A DNA stretch of 64,000 bases, taken from an uncultured Bacteroidales bacterium. GTDB taxonomy: Bacteria; Bacteroidota; Bacteroidia; Bacteroidales; VadinHA17. The DNA lies in contig CAVTAA010000006.1 of NCBI GenBank assembly GCA_963732575.1, positions 64,509 through 128,508 on the forward strand. The letters are read 5' to 3'. Shown one piece after another: positions 1 through 10,781 of the stretch. The position numbers were made by a program, and so were the translations under genes. Numbering within the stretch: the stretch's first letter is position 1; each line of letters begins with the position of its first letter. The notes beneath the pieces are model-generated. The model saw nothing but the letters and a program-made list of their open reading frames with translations, made no database searches and had not been told where the DNA came from.

Positions 1-1380
1 GGCTTAAATCTTTCTTCGGTACAGCTCAGGGATGCCTCAACACCTGAGGAGTTCATCAAGAGGCTTGCTGAATTTGCTGCTACCGTTAAACCAGGGACCT
101 GGATCACCGGAGGTGAATGGGATGGCAAAGGATGGGAGACACTGCCTGAAAGAAGCTGGATCGATTCAGTCACACCTGACAACCCTGTCTTTGTCGAGAG
201 GCTCGACGGGCACATGGCTCTGGCCAACTCCCTTGCCATGAAGCTTGCCGGCATTGACAGGAAAGTTAAGGATGTAAAGGGCGGAACCATTGTGCGAAAC
301 AAAGAAGGTGAGCTGACAGGCATTTTCAAGGACAATGCCATGGATTACATTTTCAGCAAGATACCCTCCGCATCGGACGAGCAGGTTGACAAGGCCCTGC
401 TGGCAGCGATGGATTACTTTGCCTCCAACGGGGTGACCTCTGTTCATGCAGTTGATGCTGCCAGCTATGCAGATGCTATTGAGAGAGTGCGAAACGACGG
501 GAAACTAATCACCAGGGTATATATAATGGAGACCATCAGCCGCTGGGAGAAGCTGCAGAAACAGGTTGCCCGCGACGGCAGAGGAGACAAATGGATGAGA
601 ACCGGCGGGCTTAAGGGCTTTATCGACGGATCACTGGGGTCGCACACTGCTGCATTTCTTGAACCGTACACCGACATGATAACGGACTCGGGCCTCCTGG
701 TCAATTCCAGGGAAGACCTCTATACCTGGATCACAAATGCTGACAAGGCTGACTTGCAGGTCGGGATCCATGCGATAGGAGACCGTGCGATCAATACAAT
801 GCTGAATATCTATGAGCAGGTGGGAAATGAGAATGGCATGAAGGACCGGCGATTCAGGATAGAGCATGCACAACACATTGCCCCAGGTGATGTTGAAAGA
901 TATGCAAAGCTGAATGTTGTTGCATGCATGCAGCCTTATCATGCCATCGATGATGGCAGGTGGGCTGAGCCTCTGATCGGTCCTGAACGGGTTAAATCAA
1001 TGTACGTTTTTAAATCGTTGTTTGACGCAGGAGCTGTCGTTGCTTTCGGCAGTGACTGGCCGGTAGCACCGGCAACACCGCTTGAAGGTATTTACGCTGC
1101 CGTCACACGCAGAACCCTTGATGACAAGAACCCTGACGGCTGGGTGCCGGAGCAGAAGATAACAGTGGAACAGGCGCTGAAAGCTTATACAAAAAATGCT
1201 GCTTATGCCTCTTTTGAAGAGAATGTCAAGGGGACGCTGGAACCCGGCATGCTGGCGGATTTTGTGGTGCTGGGTGATGATATCACCGCAATTGATCCGG
1301 TGAAGATCAGGGAAACACAAGTACTGCAGACATGGGTAGGTGGCAGAAAAGTGTTTGATAGTGAAGGGCTTTTTTACTGA
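1..1380 (+). CDS. Amidohydrolase family protein (Amidohydro_3 / YtcJ-like metal-dependent hydrolase), 5' end outside window
   Basis: Frame 1 is open from base 1 (GLNLSSVQLRDASTPEEF..WITGGEWDGKGW..VERLDGHMALANS) and runs into listed ORF 214..1380. The motifs HAIGDRA, RIEHAQH and AFGSDWP are typical of this TIM-barrel hydrolase family. Confidence 0.85.
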   Translation, partial: GLNLSSVQLRDASTPEEFIKRLAEFAATVKPGTWITGGEWDGKGWETLPERSWIDSVTPDNPVFVERLDGHMALANSLAMKLAGIDRKVKDVKGGTIVRNKEGELTGIFKDNAMDYIFSKIPSASDEQVDKALLAAMDYFASNGVTSVHAVDAASYADAIERVRNDGKLITRVYIMETISRWEKLQKQVARDGRGDKWMRTGGLKGFIDGSLGSHTAAFLEPYTDMITDSGLLVNSREDLYTWITNADKADLQVGIHAIGDRAINTMLNIYEQVGNENGMKDRRFRIEHAQHIAPGDVERYAKLNVVACMQPYHAIDDGRWAEPLIGPERVKSMYVFKSLFDAGAVVAFGSDWPVAPATPLEGIYAAVTRRTLDDKNPDGWVPEQKITVEQALKAYTKNAAYASFEENVKGTLEPGMLADFVVLGDDITAIDPVKIRETQVLQTWVGGRKVFDSEGLFY

Positions 1381-1437
1381 AAACAAAGTTATCTCTCTCT
1401 TCTGGCCAAATACTCTAAAAAGTAAATAACTTTCTTA

Positions 1438-2172
1438 ATGAACAGCTCTCTGATAATTGTTATTCCATGCTACAATGAATACGAAAGACTGCACACAGGC
1501 AGTTATGAAGCTTTCCTGAAACAGCATAACAATACGAGAATTATCTTTTCCAATGATGGTTCTACAGATAAAACAAGTGAAAAGCTGAGTGAAATTAGGA
1601 GCTTAAGCCCGGATAAAGTGTTCATCTGTTCACTTGAAAAGAATAAAGGAAAAGCTGAAGCTATCCGGGAAGGGGTAATGTATTGTTTTGCCAATAACTT
1701 GCAGTTCGACAGAATTGCATATCTCGATGCCGATGGCGCAACTTCACTTGAGGAGTGCCAGTCAATAAGCCAGTATATAAATGAAAGTGTGATATTTGCA
1801 TTCGGGTCAAGAATACTGAAGATTGACAGCAACATTGTAAGAAAGCACTATCGTCACATAATTGGCAGGATTCTGGCTACGGTTATTTCCGGTCAGCTGA
1901 AAATTCACGTATACGATACTCAATGCGGATGTAAGGTATTCAGGTCGGACCTCGCCAAAAATGTTTTCAACGAAAAGTTTATTTCAAAATGGCTGTTTGA
2001 TGTTGAAATATTTCACAGGATAATCAGACAGTACGGAAAAGAAAAAATGCAGCAGATCTGTCGCGAAATACCTTTACAAAACTGGATAGACACTGCCAAT
2101 TCTAAAGTCAGCTTTGCTTATTCTTTCAGGATTTGGTATGACGTACTCAGAATAAGAAGGAAATACAGATGA
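1438..2172 (+). CDS. Family 2 glycosyltransferase, polyprenyl-phosphate sugar synthase-like
   Basis: The 244-aa ORF carries IVIPCYNE, SNDGSTDKT and YLDADGAT, the GT-A/GT2 signature. Its stop overlaps the next start (ATGA at 2169), which suggests translational coupling with the GT39-like gene. Confidence 0.85.
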   Translation: MNSSLIIVIPCYNEYERLHTGSYEAFLKQHNNTRIIFSNDGSTDKTSEKLSEIRSLSPDKVFICSLEKNKGKAEAIREGVMYCFANNLQFDRIAYLDADGATSLEECQSISQYINESVIFAFGSRILKIDSNIVRKHYRHIIGRILATVISGQLKIHVYDTQCGCKVFRSDLAKNVFNEKFISKWLFDVEIFHRIIRQYGKEKMQQICREIPLQNWIDTANSKVSFAYSFRIWYDVLRIRRKYR

Positions 2173-3584
2173 AATACAACCTTAAAAGTATACTTCAACA
2201 TCGCCATTTTTATCTCTGGGCATGTCTTGCAATTATTCTGTTAAGACTTATACTTAACGCCTTCGTTCCTTTAATGGATAAGACAGAGGCAAGATATGCC
2301 GAGATAGCCAGGATTATGGTTGAGACAAATAACTGGGTTACGCCCCAGATTGATTATGGAGTCCCATTCTGGGCAAAACCTGTTTTATCAACCTGGTTAT
2401 CAGCATTAAGCATGAAGGTATTGGGTGTCAATGAATTTGCTGTCAGACTGCCTTCGCTTCTCCTTAGCTTACTGATGGTGTTCATGGTGAACAGGTTTGC
2501 CGGAAAGAAAGAAGTGCCTTTTTACTTCGCAGGTTTTGTAATCATAACCTTACCGGAATTTTTGTTACATATGGGAGTTGTCTCCACAGACATAACATTG
2601 TCATTAAGTGTGGCGATGATAATGCTGTCTTTTTGGAAGTCAGTCAGTGAGAATCAAAAATCTGTCTGGAATTATCTGTTTTTTGCCGGCATCGGTCTTG
2701 GCATGCTGGCTAAAGGCCCGATTGCACTGATCTTAACCTTCCCTCCTCTCTTCATCTGGATTGTCTGGTTTAAGGAATATAAAAAGGTATTAAGGGCAAT
2801 GCCATGGCTCACAGGTTCTCTGCTGGCTATTCTTATAGCTGTACCATGGTACTGGATGGCAGAGATAAAATCACCTGGCTTTCTGAACTATTTCATTATT
2901 GGCGAACATTTTAAACGTTTCTTTGATTCCGGATGGAATGGTGACCTGTATGGTTTCCCCAAGCAGATGCCATATGGCATAATCTGGCTTTTCCTTGTTG
3001 CAGGAACTCTTCCTTGGATTATCACAGTCGTCAACAGGACATGGATAAACAGGTCTGATATATTAAAGAATAAGTGGATCGGTTTCTTATTGTTGTGGTT
3101 ATTATGGACACCTCTGTTCTTCACCGTATCAAAAAGCCTGATCCACACCTATGTTCTTCCGGTAATGATACCAGTGGCGTTGCTTGTAACATACTGGTGG
3201 GCCGATATAAGAAATAAGGCTGCGCTTGTGTATACAAGCCTGATACTACCATCCGTGTTTCTGATCGTATTTTTTGCCGGAATGACCGGCAACCGAATTG
3301 AGCAATACAGTAATACTGATAAGTATCTCATATTAAATCAATCCGATACTGAAATTACTGATTTGTATTATCTTAATAAAAAGAGTTATTCAAGTCAGTT
3401 TTATAGTCGCGGTAAGGTAAGACCTTTGTCGCAGGCAGAACTGACTGAAAAGTTGAACGGACAAGGGCCTTTCAGGATTATCATTCTGAATAAACATCTG
3501 AAAAAGCTGGGTGAAAACGAAACGGGAAAGCTTCGGCTTATTGATTCAAATTATAACAGGGGATTATATGAATTTCGAAACTGA
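2169..3584 (+). CDS. ArnT/PMT-like (GT39/GT83-type) membrane glycosyltransferase
   Basis: The 471-aa polytopic membrane protein has an N-terminal DKTEARYAEIARIM..PFWAKPVL motif, as in polyprenyl-phosphate-sugar dependent transferases (ArnT, PMT_2). Confidence 0.85.
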   Translation: MKYNLKSILQHRHFYLWACLAIILLRLILNAFVPLMDKTEARYAEIARIMVETNNWVTPQIDYGVPFWAKPVLSTWLSALSMKVLGVNEFAVRLPSLLLSLLMVFMVNRFAGKKEVPFYFAGFVIITLPEFLLHMGVVSTDITLSLSVAMIMLSFWKSVSENQKSVWNYLFFAGIGLGMLAKGPIALILTFPPLFIWIVWFKEYKKVLRAMPWLTGSLLAILIAVPWYWMAEIKSPGFLNYFIIGEHFKRFFDSGWNGDLYGFPKQMPYGIIWLFLVAGTLPWIITVVNRTWINRSDILKNKWIGFLLLWLLWTPLFFTVSKSLIHTYVLPVMIPVALLVTYWWADIRNKAALVYTSLILPSVFLIVFFAGMTGNRIEQYSNTDKYLILNQSDTEITDLYYLNKKSYSSQFYSRGKVRPLSQAELTEKLNGQGPFRIIILNKHLKKLGENETGKLRLIDSNYNRGLYEFRN

Positions 3585-3655
3585 AAATCAAGAATTAAGC
3601 AAAGATGAGTTTGAAATACTCACTTCCATGAATTAGGTTAATGCAAACAATACAG

Positions 3656-3690
3656 GACCCTGAGGCTGCCTTGCCTCAGGGTCTTTTTTT
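3656..3690 (+). terminator. Rho-independent terminator after the GT2-GT39 pair
   Basis: A perfect 11-bp stem (GACCCTGAGGC at 3656-3666 pairing with GCCTCAGGGTC at 3673-3683) encloses a 6-nt loop and is followed by T7 at 3684-3690. Confidence 0.7.
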
Positions 3691-3987
3691 ACAGGGGATA
3701 AACTCCGATATATACCAGTCCGGATTTCAGAATCAGATTACCTGTGCGGCAGGTTCCGCCGGAAGGCTGGGCTCCGGCAGGTAAAATAAGAATGAAACTA
3801 AGCATCAAAACAATTATTACACGGAAAAAACAAGTTAACTTTAACGAATGGTCAGGATTTATATCTGTACTGTTTAAAATTATGCCTTTTGCATGAAATT
3901 ATTAAACTACTGTAGCGGCTAAATAAACTTATCAGAACAATAGGTCAGCGACGTTGTTTGACTTTAAGAACCATACTATTAAACAAA

Positions 3988-4569
3988 ATGAGCTATACAC
4001 TTGAACCCGGTCAAAAAGCTATTGATTTCAGTCTGCCCTCAACGGAAGGCCGCGATTACAGCTTGTCTGATTTTGATGATTACCCTTACCTGGTGCTGTT
4101 TTTTACCTGCAACCATTGTCCCTACGTCATTGGCTCCGATGAGGTGACCCGTGCCACAGCAGAAAAATACCGTCCTGCAGGGGTGGTCTTTGTCGGCATA
4201 AACTCAAATAGTGAACACACATATGAGGAAGACAGCTTCCCGAACATGGTGGCGCGAATGGAAAAATATAAGTTCCCCTGGAAATACCTTTATGATGCTG
4301 ACCAGTCTCTGGCAAGGGAATACGGTGCACTGAAAACGCCCCATTTTTTCGTCTTCAATAAAGAGAGAGAACTTGTTTATACCGGCAGAGGTGTTGATTC
4401 ACCGCGAGATACCTCCCGCATGACCGTAAATGATCTTGACAGTGCGCTCAGCGAACTGACTTCGGGGAAACCTGTAACGGTAGCTAAAACCAATCCCATC
4501 GGGTGCAATATCAAATGGGAAGGAAAAGATGCTCACTGGATGCCACCGGAAGCCTGTGACCTGGTATGA
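3988..4569 (+). CDS. Thioredoxin-fold redoxin (AhpC/TSA / TlpA-like family)
   Basis: The motif [10 protein letters not shown] (CxxC-like active site) sits in a roughly 190-aa thioredoxin-like ORF. I prefer ATG 3988 ([14 protein letters not shown]) over the TTG at 3958 used by the ORF track. Confidence 0.8.
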   Translation: MSYTLEPGQKAIDFSLPSTEGRDYSLSDFDDYPYLVLFFTCNHCPYVIGSDEVTRATAEKYRPAGVVFVGINSNSEHTYEEDSFPNMVARMEKYKFPWKYLYDADQSLAREYGALKTPHFFVFNKERELVYTGRGVDSPRDTSRMTVNDLDSALSELTSGKPVTVAKTNPIGCNIKWEGKDAHWMPPEACDLV

Positions 4570-5348
4570 ACCCTGTCATGGTAAGTTCCATTATCACATC
4601 GGCAAGGGAAAAAGCCGGAAACCTGTGGCTTGAGATCTTATCGCGCCGGAGGAAGAGCCGGATACGCCGGCAGACTGATCCGGCCACCTTCAGCCATCTT
4701 AAACCTTCTGTTACGGTTAATTGCAAATGGTATGGTACGAGCTACGGTGGTTTTTATGTCATTCCGGAGCTGCTTAGTGAATCTTCCATCGTTTATTCAT
4801 TTGGAACAGGCAGGGACATCTCATTTGATACTGCCTGCATCAGAAGGCACGGATCAGTGGTCCATGCTTTTGACCCTACCCCGAAGTCGATAGAGTGGAT
4901 ACAAAGCCGGAAGCTTCCCGGGAAATTCCACTTCCACCCTTATGGAATAAGTGCTTCGGTAAGCGGGCCGGCTGAATTTTTTCTTCCCGTTAACCCAAGA
5001 GCCATTTCCGGAAGCATGGTGAAGCATAAAGAGGTTGATACCGCAAAGTCAGTAAAAGTTTTGATGAAGACATTTGAAGATATCACCCGTGAGCTTAATC
5101 ACACCCATATTGACGTTCTTAAGATGGATATTGAAGGGTCTGAATATGAGGTTATTGACACCATCCTTGCATCTCCTGTCACAGTAGACCAGATCCTTGT
5201 GGAGTTTCACGACCGTGATTTCAGCCTTTCAGAACCCAGGTCGAAAGAGGCAGTTAAAAAACTCACTGAAAAGGATTTCCTGATCTACGGCTGTTCCGGA
5301 TCATATGAAGAACTTTCCCTCATACACAAAAGCAAAATCAGGCCGTAA
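4566..5348 (+). CDS. FkbM family methyltransferase
   Basis: [14 protein letters not shown] and the surrounding pattern are typical of Methyltransf_21/FkbM enzymes. The start overlaps the redoxin stop (ATGA). Confidence 0.8.
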   Translation: MNPVMVSSIITSAREKAGNLWLEILSRRRKSRIRRQTDPATFSHLKPSVTVNCKWYGTSYGGFYVIPELLSESSIVYSFGTGRDISFDTACIRRHGSVVHAFDPTPKSIEWIQSRKLPGKFHFHPYGISASVSGPAEFFLPVNPRAISGSMVKHKEVDTAKSVKVLMKTFEDITRELNHTHIDVLKMDIEGSEYEVIDTILASPVTVDQILVEFHDRDFSLSEPRSKEAVKKLTEKDFLIYGCSGSYEELSLIHKSKIRP

Positions 5349-5395
5349 ATGTGTGCAAATATCCGAAACTGAATATAAGCAAGTGATAATCCCAT

Positions 5396-6284
5396 ATGAG
5401 TGCAACAATAATTGATATCAGAGATCTGACAAAAATCTATGGGAAGGACAGAGGGATTGAGGGCGTTAATCTTGAGGTGGAGGAAGGTGAGATATTCGGA
5501 TTCATTGGTCCAAACGGCTCAGGCAAATCAACCACTATCAGGGTTTTGCTGAACCTGATATTCCCAAGTGCCGGCAATGCAAAGATAATGGGTTTAGACG
5601 TGGTCAGAGATTCAAAAAAGATCAGGTCGCGCACCGGGTATGTTCCTTCTGATGCAAACCTGTATCGACATATGGATATAGGTGAATTTCTTGACTATTG
5701 CCTTGGCTTTTATCAGACCCATGAACGGCGAAAAAAGGATTTCAGAGCTTACTGAATTATTTGAGCTTGACCGGAAGAGGAAGATCTCTGATCTGTCGAT
5801 GGGGAACCGCAAGAAGGTTTCCATTATTCAAAGTCTCCTGCATAATCCGGAACTCCTTATCCTTGATGAACCGACCATGGGTCTCGATCCGCTGATGCAG
5901 GCAAGGTTCTTTGAACTGCTCAGAACAGAGAACCGGAAAGGAATGACAGTCTTTTTTTCATCGCACACACTGAGTGAAGTGCAGCTGTTGTGCAGGCGCG
6001 TAGCCATCATCAAGGAAGGAAGGATCATCAGGGTAGAGGATATTGAAACTCTGAGGAAGAGACAACTCAGAAAAATAAGTATTGAATTTGACGGGCAGAC
6101 AGACAAGGAGTTTACTGGCCTTCAGGGTATAGAAGATATACCTCTCATTACCGGCAGTACAATGCAGTTTATGTACTCCGGCGATATCAATGACCTAATC
6201 GCAAAACTCAGAGGCACGAAAATAATCGATATGACAATCGAGGAGCCATCCCTGGAAGAAATATTCATGCATTACTACAATTAA
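5396..6284 (+). pseudogene. ABC transporter ATP-binding protein, one +1 frameshift as sequenced
   Basis: Fragments 5396..5755 (Walker A GPNGSGKST) and 5682..6284 (signature LSMGNRKKV, Walker B LLILDEP) lie in adjacent frames. Removing one T from the T4 run at 5708-5711 joins them as ..CLGFIRPMNGEKRISEL.. Confidence 0.85.
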
Positions 6285-6299
6285 TTCAGAATTGGCCAA

Positions 6300-7109
6300 A
6301 TGAATAAAAACCTTTTTCTGAGAGAATTGAAAGGAAATGCATTCAGCCTGCTGATCTGGACTATCGTCATTACGACACTGATATCGGTAACAATGTCGGT
6401 ATACGGGACTTTCCTGGAAAACAATTCAAAGATCCTGGCAATGATCAGTATACTGCCTGAAGGTGCATTGCAGTTCAAGGGAATTTCGAACATTGACGAT
6501 CTGTTTTCGGTATTGGGCTTTTATACCGCCAATAATGTGATTTATATGCTGGTGCTTGGCAGCATTTATGCAATCGTACTATCATCAAATATCCTGCTCA
6601 AAGAAGAATACAATAAAACCGCAGAATTCCTTCTTACCTGGCCACTGACACGCAGCGAGGTCTTTAATAGCAAAGCGGCAGTTGTCTTTCTGAATGTGGT
6701 TTTACTGAACCTGGTCACTGCCCTGGCTGGTTTTATCAGCATGGAGATCGCTCAGAGAGAACCTTACAGTGTAAATGCTTTTCTTATACTGTCACTCTAT
6801 ACCCTGTTGCTGAATCTTTTCTTCGGAGCAGTTGGATTATTCATGTCAACCCTGGTAAAAAGGGCTAAGCCGATAACCACGCTCAGTATAGGCCTGGTGC
6901 TAATTCTCTATTTTATTCATACTCTCTCAAAAATAACTGACAGTCTTTCAAAATTAGGCTATATAAGTCCATTCAAATATGTCAATGTTGATACCTTAAA
7001 TCCTGAATACAGGCTTGAATTCCGGAATTTGCTATATTTCACTGCAGTATCACTGCTTCTGATTTTTTTGTCTTACCGGTTATATAAGCGTAAGGACGTA
7101 TATTTATAA
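6300..7109 (+). CDS. ABC-2 type transporter permease
   Basis: This 269-aa protein has about six hydrophobic helices and lies directly downstream of the ABC ATPase. That is the typical ABC-2 exporter architecture. Confidence 0.7.
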   Translation: MNKNLFLRELKGNAFSLLIWTIVITTLISVTMSVYGTFLENNSKILAMISILPEGALQFKGISNIDDLFSVLGFYTANNVIYMLVLGSIYAIVLSSNILLKEEYNKTAEFLLTWPLTRSEVFNSKAAVVFLNVVLLNLVTALAGFISMEIAQREPYSVNAFLILSLYTLLLNLFFGAVGLFMSTLVKRAKPITTLSIGLVLILYFIHTLSKITDSLSKLGYISPFKYVNVDTLNPEYRLEFRNLLYFTAVSLLLIFLSYRLYKRKDVYL

Positions 7110-7203
7110 CTTAAGAAATTGGAGTTTTAAGCAGATGTAATGGCTTTTTCACTGCGGATGCCAGAAGCAATTGCCTTGTTAAAGTTAACAATTTAACTTG
7201 AAA

Positions 7204-8796
7204 ATGGTAGAAAAATATTCATCATCTCCATGGCGGTAACAGCATTAATATCATTCCCTGTCTTTGCACAGGACTATTCAAAAAGTCTCTTCGACGGGCA
7301 GCTCGGATGTTGGGGCTTGCAAACTAAAAGGAGACCTGATCTACAATCCATCAGACCAGGACTATGTTATTTCCGGATCAGGCGACAACATCTGGTTCAC
7401 CAGCGACCAGTTCCATTTTGCATGGAAGAAGCTGAAAGGAGATTTTATCCTGACAGCTGATGTTCAGTTCTCCGGTGAGGGCAGTCACCTGCACCGCAAG
7501 GCCGGATGGATGATACGTCAGAGCCTTGATCCTGGTTCGGCACACATCAGCGCTACCGTGCATGGAGACGGACTTACGTCACTGCAATACCGTCCGGCTC
7601 AGGAGCGGAGATGTCAGAAAGGAAATCGCTGGTGGCAGTGTCACCTGATGTGATACAGCTGGAACGAAAGGGGAATAAATTCACTTGTCATGTGCTGTCA
7701 GGGAGTAATCTTTTTGACACTGTCATGATCACTGACCCTGCATTGACCGGGGAGGTTTACGCCGGGCTGTTCATCTGCTCTCACGACAATAATGTGGTTG
7801 AAAAAGCGCGATTTAGTAATGTACGCATCACCGTACCTGCAAAGGATGACTTTGTGCCTTACAGGGATTTTATCGGCAGCAACCTGGAAGTTATGGATGT
7901 TGAGACCGGAATGAGGAAGGTAATTTACCAGTCGCCCGCATCGATCCAGGCACCCAACTGGTCTGTAGACGGCAAGTATCTCATTTACAACGGCGACGGC
8001 CTGCTTTATAAATTTGACCTTGAGAAGGGAGAACCGGAAGCAATAAACAGCGGTTTCGCCACAAGCAATAACAATGATCATGTTCTGTCATTCGACGGAA
8101 AGATGCTGGGCATCAGCCATCACGTTGCTGAAGAGGAAGGCAAATCCATCATCTTTACCCTGCCGGTTGAAGGCGGCACACCCAAAAGAATCACATCGCT
8201 CGGTCCCTCCTATCTTCACGGATGGTCTCCCGACGGGAAGTACCTGACCTACACTGCTGGACGGAACGAGAATTTCGACATTTATAAAATATCCGTCAAA
8301 AAGAAGAAGGAGATCAGGCTGACGGATGCTTCCGGACTGGATGACGGCCCGGAATATTCACCTGACGGAAAGTACATTTACTTCAACTCAGCCAGAACCG
8401 GCACCATGCAGATCTGGAGGATGAAGGCCGACGGATCGACAACAGGAACAGATGACTTTTGATGAGTACAACGACTGGTTCCCGCATGTTTCACCTGACG
8501 GGAAGTGGATCGTGTTCCTCTCTTTCCCTCCGGAAATAAAGGCTGATGATCATCCCTTCTATAAACATGTGTATATCAGGCTGATGCCCGTCGATGGCGG
8601 GACACCCAGGGTCATCGCTTATCTTTATGGAGGACAGGGTACAATCAACGTTCCAAGCTGGTCACCTGACAGTAAAAGAATAGCTTTTGTCAGCACTCGG
8701 ACCTCGAATTGCCCTGATGGCCGGGAAACTAAAAGTATATTTGTACAGTTTGACAACCAAGCTGGTGACACTGGAGTAAGACGTACTGCCGGCTAA
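7204..8796 (+). pseudogene. TolB-like WD40/PD40 beta-propeller protein with N-terminal LamG/concanavalin-like domain, at least 4 frameshifts
   Basis: Pieces 7204.., 7230.., 7264..7653, 7611..8462 and 8452..8796 make up the gene. PD40-type repeats are present ([57 protein letters not shown]). The signal peptide is M..KIFIISMAVTALISFPVFAQ. Shifts localise to the A5 run at 7211-7215, GGG at 7296-7298 and GG at 7602-7603. Confidence 0.7.
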
Positions 8797-8805
8797 GATG
8801 AACAG

Positions 8806-10773
8806 ATGAAAACCTATAAGCATTTCTTGTAATGTGCAGGTATTATGTCAGCCCTTTTATCATGTAATCAACATGACGATATGATCCTGGAAAGTCCGGG
8901 AGGGGATATCCGAGTAACCTGGATGTTATCAATGAAGGGAAGGCTGTTTTTCTCTGTTTCTTACCGTGAGCTTCCGGTGATTGAGAACTTCATCGCTCGG
9001 AATCATCAGGGAAGATGGTGATTTTTCCTCAGGGATGAAACTGGTTTCAGTTTCCGGAGTGACAACCGTTCAGGAAAGATTACTCCCTCTGTACGGTAAG
9101 ACGAAAGAAGCCAGATTACGAAGCCAACCAGGCGAGTTTTCCACCTTTCAAATGCGGCAGGCGGACAAGATGGATGTGATTTTCCAGGTGTCAGATGACG
9201 GCGTCGCATTTTGTTACTCTTTTCCCGGGGTACTCTGATGAGGTAAAAAAGATTACTTCCGAAATGACAGGCTTCAATTTTGTCGCGGGAACCACAGGCT
9301 GGATCCAGCCGCGTGCAGCATCAAAGTCAGGATGGAATCAGTGTAACCCGTCATATGAGGAGCATTATCTTGAAGAAGTCCTCCTTGACAGTATCATCCT
9401 GATAATAACGGCTGGGTCTTTCCCGGCGTTGTTCCATACGAAAAACTGCTGGGTAAATCTGACCGAGAGCTGGCCTGACCGTAATTATTGCGGCAGCCAT
9501 CTTAACAAGGGTAAGGGAGCACTGTGAGATGGTCATTGCATTTCCTGAACCAACGGAAGGATTCACCGGCGGTGCAGTGTATCCGCAGTCAACCCTGCCC
9601 TGGACCACCCCATGGCGCATTATAACTATGGGCAGTACTCCCGGGGTAATTGTTGAATCAACGCATGGCACTGACCTTGCCAGACCGTCTGTAGATGGCG
9701 ACTTCTCGTATGTCACGCCGGGAAGGGCCTCATGGAGCTGGGCATTGATGAAAGATGCTTCGGTGAATTACGAGGTGCAGAAAGACTTTATCAATTACGC
9801 TTCAGAGATGGGATGGGAATACTGCCTTGTGGATGTCAACTGGGATACGACAATAGGATGGGACAAACTGGCTGAACTGTCACGCCTGGCAGCTGAGAAG
9901 AATGTAGGCCTGATAGTCTGGTACAACTCGGCCGGCGACTGGAATACCGTGCCTTACCACCCCAAGGACAAACTGCTGACACATGAAAGCAGGGAGGCTG
10001 GAATTCACCAGGCTTGAACAGATGGGTATCAAAGGCATCAAGGTCGATTTCTTCGGAGGCGACGGACAATCGATGATGGATTATTACCAGGATATCCTTG
10101 CAGATGCACATAAGCATCATCTTGTGGTGAACTGCCATGGCTCAACATTGCCGAGAGGCCTGCACCGCACCTGGCCCAACCTGGTATCAATGGAGGCTAT
10201 ACGAGGCCTCGAATACGCAACATTTGACCAGGAGAGTGCAGATAAGGTCCCGTCAAAAGCAACCACACTGGCATTCATACGCAATGCTTTCGACCCGATG
10301 GATTTCACACCGGTATGCTTTACTGCCTATGACAATTTCGAAAGGGTGACAGGCAACGGTGCTGAGCTGGCCATGGCAGTTCTGTTTCTTGTCAGGAGTG
10401 CAGCATTATGCAGAGACACCACGTGGAATGGCCGTGATGCCGGATTATGTAAGAAACATGATGAGTGCAATACCGGTTTCGTGGGATGAGACAAGATTCA
10501 TTGACGGCTTCCCCGGAAAATTCCTGGTGATAGCAAGACGAACAGGTGACGTGTGGTACGTGGCAGGCATCAATGCAGGCAAAGAGCCAATGGAACTGAA
10601 CTAAAGCTTCCGTTCATTGATCAGGCAAATGGCATTCTTATTACGGAAGCCGATACCCCAAGATCATTTGCACATAAGAAAAATGACTCTTGAAGGGGAA
10701 AAGTCAGCAACGGTTACCCTCAGATCCTAACGGTGGATTTGTCATGAGATTTGATCCGTCAGAAAGCAATTAA
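8806..10773 (+). pseudogene. Glycoside hydrolase family 97 (SusB-like alpha-glucosidase), many frameshifts
   Basis: Fragments 8981..9238, 9195..9527, 9529..10017, 9983..10489 and 10359..10604, plus head and tail pieces, form the gene. The stretch GIKGIKVDFFGGDGQSMMDYYQDILADAHKHHLVVNCHGSTLPRGLHRTWPNLVSMEAIRGLE is characteristic of GH97. The listed fragments step 2,0,1,2,0 in frame, a +1 shift each time. Confidence 0.8.
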
Positions 10774-10781
10774 ACCTGAAA

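Noticed and set aside
3692-3987. A small ORF (about 34 codons from ATG 3792) and GC-rich segments in the 300-nt gap upstream of the redoxin gene. I considered a possible sRNA or leader.
   Set aside because: I could recognise no conserved motif, convincing hairpin-plus-U-tract or riboswitch-like architecture by eye. There is too little evidence to call.
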